Source of the DNA: an uncultured delta proteobacterium
GTDB lineage: Bacteria; Myxococcota; Kuafuiibacteriia; Kuafuiibacteriales; Kuafuiibacteriaceae
Direction: 5' to 3'
DNA: 64,000 nt
Assembly: GCA_963803435.1 (NCBI GenBank)
Contig: CAWDML010000001.1
Location: 256,001-320,000 of the forward strand
The notes under the pieces: model-generated
Told to the model about the DNA's origin: nothing
Database searches by the model: none
Seen by the model: the letters and a program-made list of their open reading frames with translations, nothing else
Translations under genes and position numbers: made by a program
Shown here: one piece after another, positions 28,298 through 38,011 of the stretch
How positions within the stretch are numbered: position 1 is the first letter of the stretch
How the letters are laid out: each line of letters begins with the position of its first letter

Positions 28298-29616
28298 TAG
28301 CGAAGCAGGACCGTCACCAGCATCGCGCCCAGACACGCGAACATGCAGAGGCCGGCGAGCGCGGCGCGAGTGAGCGGTCGAATCCGGCGTGGCCGCTCCT
28401 CGTCGGCCAGCTCGGTGGGATCCTCGTCCCCCCGGAGCCGCCGGAATTGGCGCATGGGGATGACGACGGTGTCCCGGGTCGGGTGGGCCTCGCGGGCGGT
28501 GGGGGCGCACTCCTCGAGCTCGCCGCGATCCAGGTCGGCGACCGTAGCGGCGTCCTCCTGCACGTTGATCTCGACGAGCACAGCTCCCGAGTCGCGGAGC
28601 CTCGACTCGAAGGCGGGGCGGGGCTGGAGGCGCGAGAGCCACTCGGCGAGCTCGGACCGCTGGGCTCCGCGGCGCGCGAGGGCCTCGTCGCAGGCGCGCG
28701 CCAGCTGCAGCGCTCCGGCGTAGCGGCGCACCGGATCGTAGGAGACCGCGGTGCGAACGATGTCTGCGACGTCCGGATCCATCCTCCCAATCCTCGGCTC
28801 TCCCCGCTCCGCGCCCGAGAACGGGCTGGCGCCGACGAGCAGGTGGTGAAGCACGCAGCCGAGCGAGAAGACGTCGGCGCGCGGAGAGACGCGCTGTCCC
28901 GAGAGCTGCTCGGGCGACATGAAGGAGAGCTTGCCCTTGATGATGCCTGCGCGCGTCAGCGCCAGGCGGTGGTGGGCGATCGCGATGCCGAAGTCGAGAA
29001 CCTTCACGTCGCCCCGCCAGGAGACCACGATGTTGTGAGGGCTCACGTCGCGATGCACCACGCCGAGCGGCCTGCCCTCGAAGTCGCTCGCGTGATGCGC
29101 ATAGTCGAGCGCCGCGGCGGCGTCCCCGATCAGCTGAAGGGCGTGGGCGCTGGTGAGCGGCAGCCCGCGCTCCTCCGCGAGCGGAGCGAGCGTGGCGAGG
29201 TCCGCACCGTCGACGTACTCGAGGACCTGATAGGGCCAACCGTCGTGGGTCCCGAAGTCGAAGACCGAGACGATTCCGGGGTGATCGAGCTGGCTCAAGA
29301 TCCTGGCCTCGTCGGCGAACGCGGCCAGCAGGTGGAGGTCCGTCCCCGGGAGCGGTCGCTTGATCGCGAAGCGGCGCACGAAGCCGCCGTCGCCGTCGAG
29401 GTACGCTTCGAACACCTCGGCCATGCCGCCGCGTTTGATCGAGCGTGCGACCCGATAACGTCCGAGGAGCTCGGGTGCATCCGAGGAGAGCGCGTGCTGC
29501 ATGTCCGGTGGGAGGGCAAGGCGTGGGCCAGCGCCACCCGCTTGGCCGCCAGCCCCCCCGGCCCGGGCGGTGTTCACGATCGTGAACGGCGGTGGGGTGT
29601 CCGGCTCCGCGTACAC
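28297..29616 (-). CDS. Hanks-type Ser/Thr protein kinase with C-terminal TM
   Basis: GGMAEVF, AIKR, HRDVSPHN, DFGIA, SPEQ, DVFSLG; start may be ATG 29502. Confidence 0.9.
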   Translation of the reverse strand: MYAEPDTPPPFTIVNTARAGGAGGQAGGAGPRLALPPDMQHALSSDAPELLGRYRVARSIKRGGMAEVFEAYLDGDGGFVRRFAIKRPLPGTDLHLLAAFADEARILSQLDHPGIVSVFDFGTHDGWPYQVLEYVDGADLATLAPLAEERGLPLTSAHALQLIGDAAAALDYAHHASDFEGRPLGVVHRDVSPHNIVVSWRGDVKVLDFGIAIAHHRLALTRAGIIKGKLSFMSPEQLSGQRVSPRADVFSLGCVLHHLLVGASPFSGAERGEPRIGRMDPDVADIVRTAVSYDPVRRYAGALQLARACDEALARRGAQRSELAEWLSRLQPRPAFESRLRDSGAVLVEINVQEDAATVADLDRGELEECAPTAREAHPTRDTVVIPMRQFRRLRGDEDPTELADEERPRRIRPLTRAALAGLCMFACLGAMLVTVLLR

Positions 29617-29672
29617 CGCCGACGCGCCAGAGGGGGCGCCGCGTGGTCCCTGGGTTGCACTCCGCTCCGGGC

Positions 29673-29966
29673 ATGCAGGCTCATCGGACAGCCGTCCTGC
29701 GGACGGACTCGATCACCTATCGTGCGCCGATCGCGCTCGTGACCGACGTCAGCGTCTTCGTGGGCGCGGTCGATCGCCTGCGGTTCGGCCAGATCGTGCG
29801 GATCACCATCGGCGAGCGCACGCTGAGGGGCAGGATCGCGTACGTGGCCACCTCGCCGCCCGGCGTGGTGGTCGTCTTCCATCCGCTCGATCGTGCGAAG
29901 AGCTTCGGCGAGTTTCACGCCTCGGAGGAGGAGACCGTCGAGACTCCGGTCAATCGTGCGGGGTGA
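29673..29966 (+). CDS. Small hypothetical protein, possibly PilZ-like beta barrel
   Basis: DVSVFVG..GQIVRITI..LRGRIAYV..PGVVVVF pattern. Confidence 0.5.
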   Translation: MQAHRTAVLRTDSITYRAPIALVTDVSVFVGAVDRLRFGQIVRITIGERTLRGRIAYVATSPPGVVVVFHPLDRAKSFGEFHASEEETVETPVNRAG

Positions 29967-30179
29967 CGCGCTCCGGATCCCGGCCCAGGACCATGCCGTC
30001 GTGGTCGCGGAGAGTACGTTCGGCGCGCCGAACAGCCGTTCGTCACGACGGACGTCAATGGGGGGAGCTGTTCGATGCCGCCGGAGGTGGAGGAAGGACT
30101 CTCTCGATCGAGCGGTCTCTTTTGGAGCGCCTCCGAATCAACGTCCACGCCAGGCACGCTTCTTGGTTTCGAAGCGGCC

Positions 30180-31280
30180 ATGATGGAGAACGAAAGCGCC
30201 CTCGAGTATCGAGAGCACTGTCTGCGATCGCTCTGTCCGGCGCGGCCGTCGGTACCGAAACGAACGGCGCCCCCGAGCCGCACCCGGCCGATCGGCGATC
30301 CGGTGGGCCTCTCCTTCTACGTGGCGCGCCGTCGCATCGGCGACGCGCTCGACGACTCTCTGATCGACCTGGCCGGCGCCGCGAGCGCGCGACTCCCCAA
30401 GCAGGCGCTCCGGGAGCTGCTGGCCGCCGTCAGCGTCCGGGGAGCGACGCGCCGCCATCTCCTCGACGCCGAGCGCTTCGTCGAGTGCCTGGCGGCGCTG
30501 CCCGCGCGCGAGCAGCTCGAGACAATCGCGCTCTATCGAGAGACCGCCCGCGCCGACACGCTGCGGACCGAGCTCCTGGCCGCCCTCGAGTGGCCGGCCC
30601 TGCTCCAGCTCACCGCGCCCCTGCGGCGTCAGATCCTGCGGTACCTGATCGGCCCGAGGCCGGGCGCCCTGGCTCACCCCGATCACGAGCTCGATCTGCG
30701 CGCCTTCTGGGCCCGGCGCGCCGCCGAGACGCGGCAGTTCCTCGAGACCCAGGGCGGCGACGACGAGGGTGCCGTCCTGGGCCACCTCGTCCAGCCGATC
30801 CGTCCCATCCACCTGCTGCGGACCCCCGCGGATCTCGATCTGGTGGTCCTGGTGTTCGGTGATCCGCGGTCGTCGCGGAGCCTCTCCTTCGGACGCTATT
30901 ACACGCTGGACGCCGCGGGCCGGGCCGAGGCTTCGGTGGTGTGCCCCGATCCCCGCATCGCTTCGGAGTGGCGCGACCGGCATGTGCTGACCTCGCGCAC
31001 GTACGAGTGCCGCTCGGCGCTGTTGACGCGGCTGGAGGAGCTCGAGCTGTTGCGCTGGCTGGAGGACGGGCACGCCATCGCGCCCAACGAGCGCCACCGT
31101 CCGGCCACGCTCCCGCTCGCGATCTTCACGAACACGCGGCGCCTCGGAGAGACGATCGAGCCGGCGATCCGCGTCTTCGCCTCGGTGCGCGGACCGCTCG
31201 TCTTCACGCGGACGCTGCTGTTCCGCGGTCGACCCCAACGAAACAGGAGAAACAAGGCACGGACACCGTCGGCAGAGTGA
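30180..31280 (+). CDS. Hypothetical protein
   Basis: Long ORF with GC3 bias filling the interval; no motif recognised; start uncertain (30075 or 30180). Confidence 0.55.
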   Translation: MMENESALEYREHCLRSLCPARPSVPKRTAPPSRTRPIGDPVGLSFYVARRRIGDALDDSLIDLAGAASARLPKQALRELLAAVSVRGATRRHLLDAERFVECLAALPAREQLETIALYRETARADTLRTELLAALEWPALLQLTAPLRRQILRYLIGPRPGALAHPDHELDLRAFWARRAAETRQFLETQGGDDEGAVLGHLVQPIRPIHLLRTPADLDLVVLVFGDPRSSRSLSFGRYYTLDAAGRAEASVVCPDPRIASEWRDRHVLTSRTYECRSALLTRLEELELLRWLEDGHAIAPNERHRPATLPLAIFTNTRRLGETIEPAIRVFASVRGPLVFTRTLLFRGRPQRNRRNKARTPSAE

Positions 31281-32708
31281 TCAGCTGGATCTATCCCCCG
31301 GCGCTCGCCGAGGGATCCAGACTCGGAACGTCGAGCCGGCTCCGGGCGTGCTCTCCACCTGGAGGCGCCCTTCGTGGCCGACGACGATGCGCCGCACGAC
31401 CGAGAGCCCGAGACCGCTGCCGGGGACCGCGTCAGGTCCGAGACGACGAAAAGGCACGAAGAGATCGTCCATCTGCGCGGGTGACATTCCGATGCCGCGG
31501 TCGGTGACGCGCAGACACGCGTCGTCGGCCGATGACTCGAGCGCCACCTCGATCTCCCCGCCGTCGGGCGAGAACTTGATGGCGTTGTTGACCAGATTCC
31601 CGACGACCTGCTCGATGCGCGTGCGGTCGGCCCAGACCACGACCGGCTGTTCGGGCACCGCCACCGCCAGCCGATGCGACGAATAGGCCGGCGCATAGAG
31701 ATCGACGACGTCCTTCACGAGCCCGCGCAGGTCCAGCTCCTCCACCTCGAGCTTCAGCTGCCCCGATTCGATGCGGCTGGCGTCGAGAAGATCGTCGGCC
31801 ATCCGGTTGAGACGTTGGATCTGCCGGTGCAGGACCTTCATCGCCCGATCAGTGTCTACGCCCTGTCGCATCTCGAGCGCGCGGATCGAGACGCTCATCG
31901 CGGTGAGCGGATTCTTGAGGTCGTGGACGACGCCCGCCAGGAACGCCAGCTCGCTCTGCTTCTGGCGCAGCAAGGCCTCGGCCATCTCGTTGAAGGCGCT
32001 GCTCATCTCGGTCAGCTCGCGTGCACCACGCTCGGGAGCGCGCGCCGTGGTCTCTCCCCGACGGAAGCGATTGATGGCACGGTGCAGGTCGAGCGTCGGC
32101 TGAATGACGTGCGAGCGCAGCGCCAGCACGGCGCCGGTCAACCCGCCGAACAGGAGCACGCCGGCCGCCAGCCCCAGGGCCAGCCCCAGCTGCTCCGCGC
32201 GTGTCGCCTCGCTGTTCGCGTCCCGCAGGTCCTGCTCGTTGATCTCGCGTAGCGCCTTCACCGACGCGAGCGCCTTGTCGAAGTCTCGGCGGGTGAGCCG
32301 GACCAGGTCGCTCAGCCCCACCGCGCTCTCCTCGATCGACCGGCGACGGGCGAAGTAGCGATCGATCCTCGCGGTGGCGTCGGCGGCGACCGCAACCTCG
32401 CGCGGCGTTCCCGCCGTCGCCCGCGCCTGCGCCAACAGCGCTCCGATCGTCTGCTCGCGATCCGCCCGCAGGGAGTTGAATCCCTCCTCCCCGGTGGCCG
32501 CGAACAGATTGCTGAGACGGTTGTGCGTCTGGAGGCTCCGCTCCAGATCGCTGGCCGCCATCAGGTTCTCCGTCTCGGAGGCCATCCGCGGGATCGAATG
32601 ATTGAGGGACGACGCCATCCAGGCGGTGGACGCGATCGCCGCCACCACCATCGTGGCCAGCAGCGAGGCGCTCAGCGTGCTCAGCGCCCTGAGACTCCAT
32701 CGTCTCAC
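31281..32708 (-). CDS. HAMP-domain sensor histidine kinase
   Basis: 2 TMs, AFNEMAEAL (HAMP), VVHDLKNPL, NLVNNAIKFS, DRGIGM, GSGLGL. Confidence 0.9.
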   Translation of the reverse strand: MRRWSLRALSTLSASLLATMVVAAIASTAWMASSLNHSIPRMASETENLMAASDLERSLQTHNRLSNLFAATGEEGFNSLRADREQTIGALLAQARATAGTPREVAVAADATARIDRYFARRRSIEESAVGLSDLVRLTRRDFDKALASVKALREINEQDLRDANSEATRAEQLGLALGLAAGVLLFGGLTGAVLALRSHVIQPTLDLHRAINRFRRGETTARAPERGARELTEMSSAFNEMAEALLRQKQSELAFLAGVVHDLKNPLTAMSVSIRALEMRQGVDTDRAMKVLHRQIQRLNRMADDLLDASRIESGQLKLEVEELDLRGLVKDVVDLYAPAYSSHRLAVAVPEQPVVVWADRTRIEQVVGNLVNNAIKFSPDGGEIEVALESSADDACLRVTDRGIGMSPAQMDDLFVPFRRLGPDAVPGSGLGLSVVRRIVVGHEGRLQVESTPGAGSTFRVWIPRRAPGDRSS

Positions 32709-32798
32709 GCGCGGTGGACGTGCAACGGGGGGACCGTGCGTGGGATCACGGCATCCGACGGGCCGGGCGGGGCAAACCGGCACGGGGGCCGCGGGACG

Positions 32799-35096
32799 TC
32801 ACTTGGAGCCGAAGGTCTCGGCCACCTCCGCGGCGGTCCCCGGGATCGACGTGCGCGTCATCCGGTCGTAGCAGGCGTGGGCGGCCTCGATGAAGAGCAG
32901 CGCCTCTTCAATCCGTCGCTTCGACTCGGCGCCCGACACGGTCTCGAAGTCGCTCTTGTGAGCGGTGAAGAGAAACTGTGCGAACTTTCCTCCGACGTAC
33001 TGATCCCAGAACAGCGCCGTCTCGCAGAACCGCTTCTCGAACTCACGCAGGATGTCCTCGGGATCGTCGGTGACGTCGTTGTACTGACCTTGGACCAGCG
33101 CCTTGGCGGCCGTCAGCATCGCTTGGTAGGCCTTGCGGGCGGCGTCGGAATGGCGGGCCTGGTCGTACTCGATCTGAGCCTCGAAGACCTCGGTCTCGCT
33201 GCGCTGCAGGCCGAACTCGGTCAGCGCCACCAGCTCGCCCGCGCACTCGCCCTCGCCATAGTCGGTCATCGAATACTCGCGCGCATCGCCCCAGTCCTGG
33301 TAGTACTCCGGGTGCGTCTCGAACGGCGGCATCTGGATCAGGTCGGCCAGGAGATCTCGGATCTGCGCCCGGCCCATCCGCTTCCAGAACGACTGGAAGG
33401 TCTCGTCTCCCTCGCGGTTCTCGAGGAAGTAGCCGAGGATCCGGTCGACCGTGTCCGGGATGTTGCGCGCCGGCACCGCACCGACCGCCAGCCCGTAGGC
33501 GCCCGCGTTCTCCTTCCACTGCCCGCCGAGTACGACCTGGAAGTGCGGGACCATGTGATTGCCCTTCTTGCGGCTCACGCCCAGGAAGCCGAGGTCTGCG
33601 ATGTGGTGCTGGCCGCACGCGTTGAAGCAGCCGCTGATCTTGATGCGCATGCCCTGGACGGCGACGTCGAGATCCACGAACTTCGCGGCCAGCCGGCTCC
33701 GGAGCTCGACCGCCAGGCCCCGCGACGACGCAATGCCGAGCTTGCAGGTGTCGGTGCCCGGACACGCCGTCACGTCCACGATCGTACCGGCCCCCGGCTC
33801 CCCGAGACCGTACGCGTCGAGCGCCTTCCAGAGCTCGGGGACGTCGGCCTCGCTCACCCAGCGGAAGACGATGTTCTGCTCCACCGACGTCCGGATGGCG
33901 TCGCCGGTGAACCTGCGTGCGATATCGGCGAGCGCGCGGCCCTGATCCGCCGTGAAGTCGCCGAGCGGGAGCGTCACCGTCGCCAGCACGTATCCCGGCT
34001 GCTTCTGCGCCGTCACGTTCGTGTCGCGCCAGCGGCGGAACTTCTCCGGCAGCAATCCGTTCAGCTTCACCAGCGATTCGCCGCGCTTGAGCGGCGCCTC
34101 CCGCGACTGGTGGAGGTCGGCCAGATAGCCGCTCCAGCGCTCGTCGAACGGGATCACGCTGCGCTCCTCCCGCACGAGACGGCGGAACTCGTCGAGCCCC
34201 AGCTTGCCCACGAGGAACTTGAGGCGCGCCCGCGTGCGGTTCTGCTTCTCTCCGAGACGTGCAAACACGCGGCAGACCGACTGCGCCAGCGGCAGGATCT
34301 CCTCCTCGACCACGAACGGCTCGAGCAGCTGTGACTGGTACGGCACCGCTCCCAGGCCGCCGCCCACGTAAAACTCGAACCCCCGGCGCTGCACACCGTC
34401 GTCGCCGGTCTGCATCTTCGCGATCAGACCGATGTCGTGCATGCTGGCCAGCCCGCACGCCTCCTGAGGGCAACCCGAGAAGCTGATCTTGAACTTGCGC
34501 CCGAAGTCCTGGACGTCCTTGTGGCCGAGCAGGAAGTACGTCATCGCGTGGGCGTAAGGCGTGACGTCGAAGACCTCGGTCGGGCACACGCCCGCGCGCG
34601 TACAGGCCGTCACGTTGCGGACGCTGTTGCCGCAAGCTTCACGCGTGGTGATCCCGGCGGCCGCGAGACGCCGCATGAGATCCGGCGTCTGCTCGATGTG
34701 GACGAAGTGGAGCTGGATGTCCTGGCGCGTGGTCACGTGGCAGATGCCGTCCGAGTACTCCTCCGCCAGCGCCGAGAGCACCTCGAGCTGGCGCGCGGTC
34801 AGGCCGCCGTACGGGATCTTGATCCGCTGCATCCCGGGCGCGTCCCACATCGTATTCGGACCCTTGGTCGGCTTGTCCTCGTAGGGCAGGCGACGCGTGG
34901 CGACACCGTCGTGACGCTGCCCGTTGTCGTACCGCTGGCCGTAGACGCCCCGGCGGAGGCGCGTCTCTGCGAAGAGCTTCTCCTCCACCTTGCCCTGCTG
35001 CCGGAGGCGGATCTGGAGCTCGAACATCTCAATCTCGCGCGCCAGGTGCTCCGGCATCTCGTCGGCGAGCTCAGTGGCCCAGGTTCGTTCCGTCAT
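32799..35096 (-). CDS. sir: Ferredoxin-type nitrite/sulfite reductase with HEPN-like C-terminal extension
   Basis: GVYGQR, HVTTRQDIQLH, REACGNSVRN, RKFKISFSGC, ACPGTDTCKLG, ISGCFNACGQH. Confidence 0.88.
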   Translation of the reverse strand: MTERTWATELADEMPEHLAREIEMFELQIRLRQQGKVEEKLFAETRLRRGVYGQRYDNGQRHDGVATRRLPYEDKPTKGPNTMWDAPGMQRIKIPYGGLTARQLEVLSALAEEYSDGICHVTTRQDIQLHFVHIEQTPDLMRRLAAAGITTREACGNSVRNVTACTRAGVCPTEVFDVTPYAHAMTYFLLGHKDVQDFGRKFKISFSGCPQEACGLASMHDIGLIAKMQTGDDGVQRRGFEFYVGGGLGAVPYQSQLLEPFVVEEEILPLAQSVCRVFARLGEKQNRTRARLKFLVGKLGLDEFRRLVREERSVIPFDERWSGYLADLHQSREAPLKRGESLVKLNGLLPEKFRRWRDTNVTAQKQPGYVLATVTLPLGDFTADQGRALADIARRFTGDAIRTSVEQNIVFRWVSEADVPELWKALDAYGLGEPGAGTIVDVTACPGTDTCKLGIASSRGLAVELRSRLAAKFVDLDVAVQGMRIKISGCFNACGQHHIADLGFLGVSRKKGNHMVPHFQVVLGGQWKENAGAYGLAVGAVPARNIPDTVDRILGYFLENREGDETFQSFWKRMGRAQIRDLLADLIQMPPFETHPEYYQDWGDAREYSMTDYGEGECAGELVALTEFGLQRSETEVFEAQIEYDQARHSDAARKAYQAMLTAAKALVQGQYNDVTDDPEDILREFEKRFCETALFWDQYVGGKFAQFLFTAHKSDFETVSGAESKRRIEEALLFIEAAHACYDRMTRTSIPGTAAEVAETFGSK

Positions 35097-35106
35097 CTCT
35101 CGCCTC

Positions 35107-36501
35107 TCATGCCGCCGATTCGCGGCTCCTTCTCTCGCGCGCCGCCTCGACCCGCCGGACCACCTCACCCACGATCAGGGTGACCGGTCCTTCGAGGGCT
35201 GCCGCCTCGATCGCAGCCGCCAGCGTCCCCACCGTACCGGCCACGATTCGTTGCTCCGGAAGCGTCGCCTTGCTCACCGCCATCGCGGGCGTCTCCGGGT
35301 CGCGGCCCTCCCCGATCAGCCCGTCCATGATCTGGCGGACCGCGCCCAATCCCATCAGGACCACGGTGGTCTCCTCGCGGATCGGGAGCTCCCCGTGCGT
35401 GTAGCCGGCGGCGTCGTGTCCGGTGCGAACGCTCAGGCCGCGAGCCTCTCCCCTGCGGGTCAGCGGGACGGACGCCACGGCCGCCGCCGCCAGCACCGCG
35501 CTGACGCCCGGGACCACCTCGAACGGGATCCCCGCCGCGGACAGCGCGTCGATCTCTTCGCCGCCCCGGCCGAACACCAGCGGATCGCCCGCGTGCAGGC
35601 GTACCACCCGGCGGCCTTCCTTCGCCTCCTCGATCATCAGCTCTTCGGTGCGGCGCTGCGCGAACTGCTTTCGATCGCAGCCGATCCGCTCACCGCGACG
35701 CCCGACATCGACGACCCGCGCCTCCGGAGATGCCAGCGCCACGACCTCCGGATCGACGAGGGCGTCGTGAAGCAGGACCTCGGCGCGCTGGATCCGATCC
35801 TGCGCGCGCAGGGTCAGGAGGGCCTTCGCGCCGGGACCCGCGCCCACGATCGCGACGGTGCCTGCGGGGAACGGCTCCTCGGCCTCGCGGGCCAGCGCGT
35901 CGAGCCGCTCGGAGGCAGCGTCCGACTCCCCTCGATCGACCAGCGCGCCCAACCAGGGATCGGCGAGCGCACGCAGGAGCGCGCTCCGCCGGGACAGCCC
36001 GCGCAGCCCGCTCTTCCGCGCCCGCTCCAGGAGGGCCGCCGCGGTCTTCACGCTCGCAGGGATCGCGGCCTCGAGCAGGCGCCGGAGCTGCGCCGCCAGC
36101 AACGGCGAGGACCCACCGGTGCTGATCGCAAAGGTCACCGGACCGCGCTCGACGATCGCCGGCGCGAAGAAGTCGCAGGCCTCGGGATCATCGACCACGT
36201 TCACCAGGATCCGCCGGGCGCGCGCGGCGCCGGCCAGGGCTCGATTCACTTCGCGGTCGTCCGTGGCGGCGATGACGAGCTCGGCGCCCGCCACGTCCTC
36301 GCTCCGGACCTGCCGTTCCTCCACCTGGGTCGCCCAGGCGAGCTGGGCGAGGATCGCGTCGTCGAAGCGCTCCGCGATGACGTGGACGCGGGCGCCCGCC
36401 GCCGCCAGCCCGGAGAGCTTGGCGGCGGCCACCCTGCCACCCCCGGCGAGGAGCACCCGCTTCCCCTCGAGGTTGACCAGGTGGATGGGATAACCGGCCA
36501 T
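35107..36501 (-). CDS. cysG: Siroheme synthase (dehydrogenase/ferrochelatase + uroporphyrinogen-III C-methyltransferase)
   Basis: LAGGGRVA, NVVDDPEACDF, ISTGGSSP; VGAGPG, LLTLRA, GDPLVFGRGGEE, VVPGVSA. Confidence 0.93.
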   Translation of the reverse strand: MAGYPIHLVNLEGKRVLLAGGGRVAAAKLSGLAAAGARVHVIAERFDDAILAQLAWATQVEERQVRSEDVAGAELVIAATDDREVNRALAGAARARRILVNVVDDPEACDFFAPAIVERGPVTFAISTGGSSPLLAAQLRRLLEAAIPASVKTAAALLERARKSGLRGLSRRSALLRALADPWLGALVDRGESDAASERLDALAREAEEPFPAGTVAIVGAGPGAKALLTLRAQDRIQRAEVLLHDALVDPEVVALASPEARVVDVGRRGERIGCDRKQFAQRRTEELMIEEAKEGRRVVRLHAGDPLVFGRGGEEIDALSAAGIPFEVVPGVSAVLAAAAVASVPLTRRGEARGLSVRTGHDAAGYTHGELPIREETTVVLMGLGAVRQIMDGLIGEGRDPETPAMAVSKATLPEQRIVAGTVGTLAAAIEAAALEGPVTLIVGEVVRRVEAARERRSRESAA

Positions 36502-36503
36502 CC

Positions 36504-37127
36504 TCAGTTCTGACCGCTCGGCTGCGCGAGGCCGGAGGTCGACAGTCGGTTCAGGAGATGGGTGGTGGGCGGCGGCGACCCGACCCGTACGCGGAGCACG
36601 AACGGCGTCCGGGGTTCGATGCGCTGCACGATACTGATGTCGTCGGTGCGATAGAGCGCCTCGACGAAGGCGGAGATCATCGGGCGGGCGGCGTCATCCG
36701 TGGCGGCGGTGTTGGGCGCGAGGAGGCGGTCGACGATCCCCAGCTCGAACGCGCCCGTGTCGATCGCGTAACGCCCGCCGAGCTCCGGCTCGCCGGCCAG
36801 CAGATCCGCGAAGCCGAGCACGGAGCGAAAGGCCTCGCGCAAGCGCTCCTCGACCCCGCCGCCGTGGACGCGCTTCTTCGCGAAGAGTATGCCTGGACGG
36901 CCGTGACGCGTGTCGACGGCGTAGTGGGCGGTATTGCAGATGAGGAGGACGCCGGGCCCGTTGTGGACGTGCGCGTAGCTGGCGACGTCGATCATCAGCT
37001 CGGGGGCCAGCGCGTTCTGCTGGATGAGGCGATGGAAGACCGGAAGCAGCTCGTCGAGGTCGACGCCGATCGGGTCACACAGGAGATACTTCACGGTGAG
37101 CTGAGGTGATTGGAGCGGCGCGACCAT
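36504..37127 (-). CDS. Hypothetical protein, first gene of the cysG-sir unit
   Basis: LPVFHRLIQ..MIDVASYAHVHNGPGVLL; ends 2 nt before the cysG start; start uncertain. Confidence 0.7.
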   Translation of the reverse strand: MVAPLQSPQLTVKYLLCDPIGVDLDELLPVFHRLIQQNALAPELMIDVASYAHVHNGPGVLLICNTAHYAVDTRHGRPGILFAKKRVHGGGVEERLREAFRSVLGFADLLAGEPELGGRYAIDTGAFELGIVDRLLAPNTAATDDAARPMISAFVEALYRTDDISIVQRIEPRTPFVLRVRVGSPPPTTHLLNRLSTSGLAQPSGQN

Positions 37128-37186
37128 CGGGAGGAGGGTCAGCCTATGCGACATAAAGGCATCGATCAACGGCCACACACACACCC

Positions 37187-37936
37187 GTGAGGCTCGCGCC
37201 CGAACAGAAAGCGCGTCTGATGCGCGACGGCTACCTCCATGTCGAGGGTGTCCTTCCCAGACCCGCGATCGAGGCGGCGCTCCGTGCCGTCAACGCCTGG
37301 ATCGGCGGCGGCATGGACCCGCTGGAGATGGAGACGTACGCCAGCCAGAGCTACTGCCCCGAGCTCCGGAGCGCGCCCGTGTTCGTGGATCTGCTGGAGC
37401 GGACACCGGCCCTCGAGCTCGTCGAGTCGGTGCTCGGCGCGGACAGCGTCGTCCGCGGACATCGCGCTCAGATCGCGCTGCGCTTCCCCCTGCCGGCCGG
37501 GAGCCCGCGACGCCCACCCGAGCCCCACCTCGACGGCGTCGCGACCTCGACGAACGGTGTCGCCGCCGGTCGGGTCCACAACTTCAGCGCCCTCTTGGCC
37601 CTCTATCTCGAGGACGTCACCACCGAGTGGGCCGGCAACTTCACCGTCTGGCCGGGAAGCCACCTCGCGCATGCCCGCTGGTTTGCGGCGCACGGGCCGA
37701 GCGCGCTCCTCCGCGGCATGCCGGCGATCGATCCTGGCCCACCCCGGCAGCTGCTCGCCCGCGCCGGAGATGTGTTCCTCTGCCACTATCTCCTCGGTCA
37801 CGCCGCCGCCGAGAACCACTCCCCCCGCGTCCGCTACGCGGTCTTTTTCCGTCTCCAGCACCGGGATCACGCCACGCTCGGCGACACGCCCATGATCGAT
37901 CCGTGGCGAGGCTGGGACGGGCTCGGCGTCCGCTGA
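37187..37936 (+). CDS. Phytanoyl-CoA dioxygenase (PhyH)-like Fe/2OG oxygenase
   Basis: DGYLHVEGVL, PHLDG (HxD), TVWPGSH, GDVFL.H..LGH, RYAVFFR. Confidence 0.82.
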   Translation: MRLAPEQKARLMRDGYLHVEGVLPRPAIEAALRAVNAWIGGGMDPLEMETYASQSYCPELRSAPVFVDLLERTPALELVESVLGADSVVRGHRAQIALRFPLPAGSPRRPPEPHLDGVATSTNGVAAGRVHNFSALLALYLEDVTTEWAGNFTVWPGSHLAHARWFAAHGPSALLRGMPAIDPGPPRQLLARAGDVFLCHYLLGHAAAENHSPRVRYAVFFRLQHRDHATLGDTPMIDPWRGWDGLGVR

Positions 37937-38011
37937 GCTCGCTATGCGCCGCACTGCCACCCGCACGCGTTGTATCCGCGCCGCCTCGGTCCCTATTCTC
38001 GAATCACCGCG

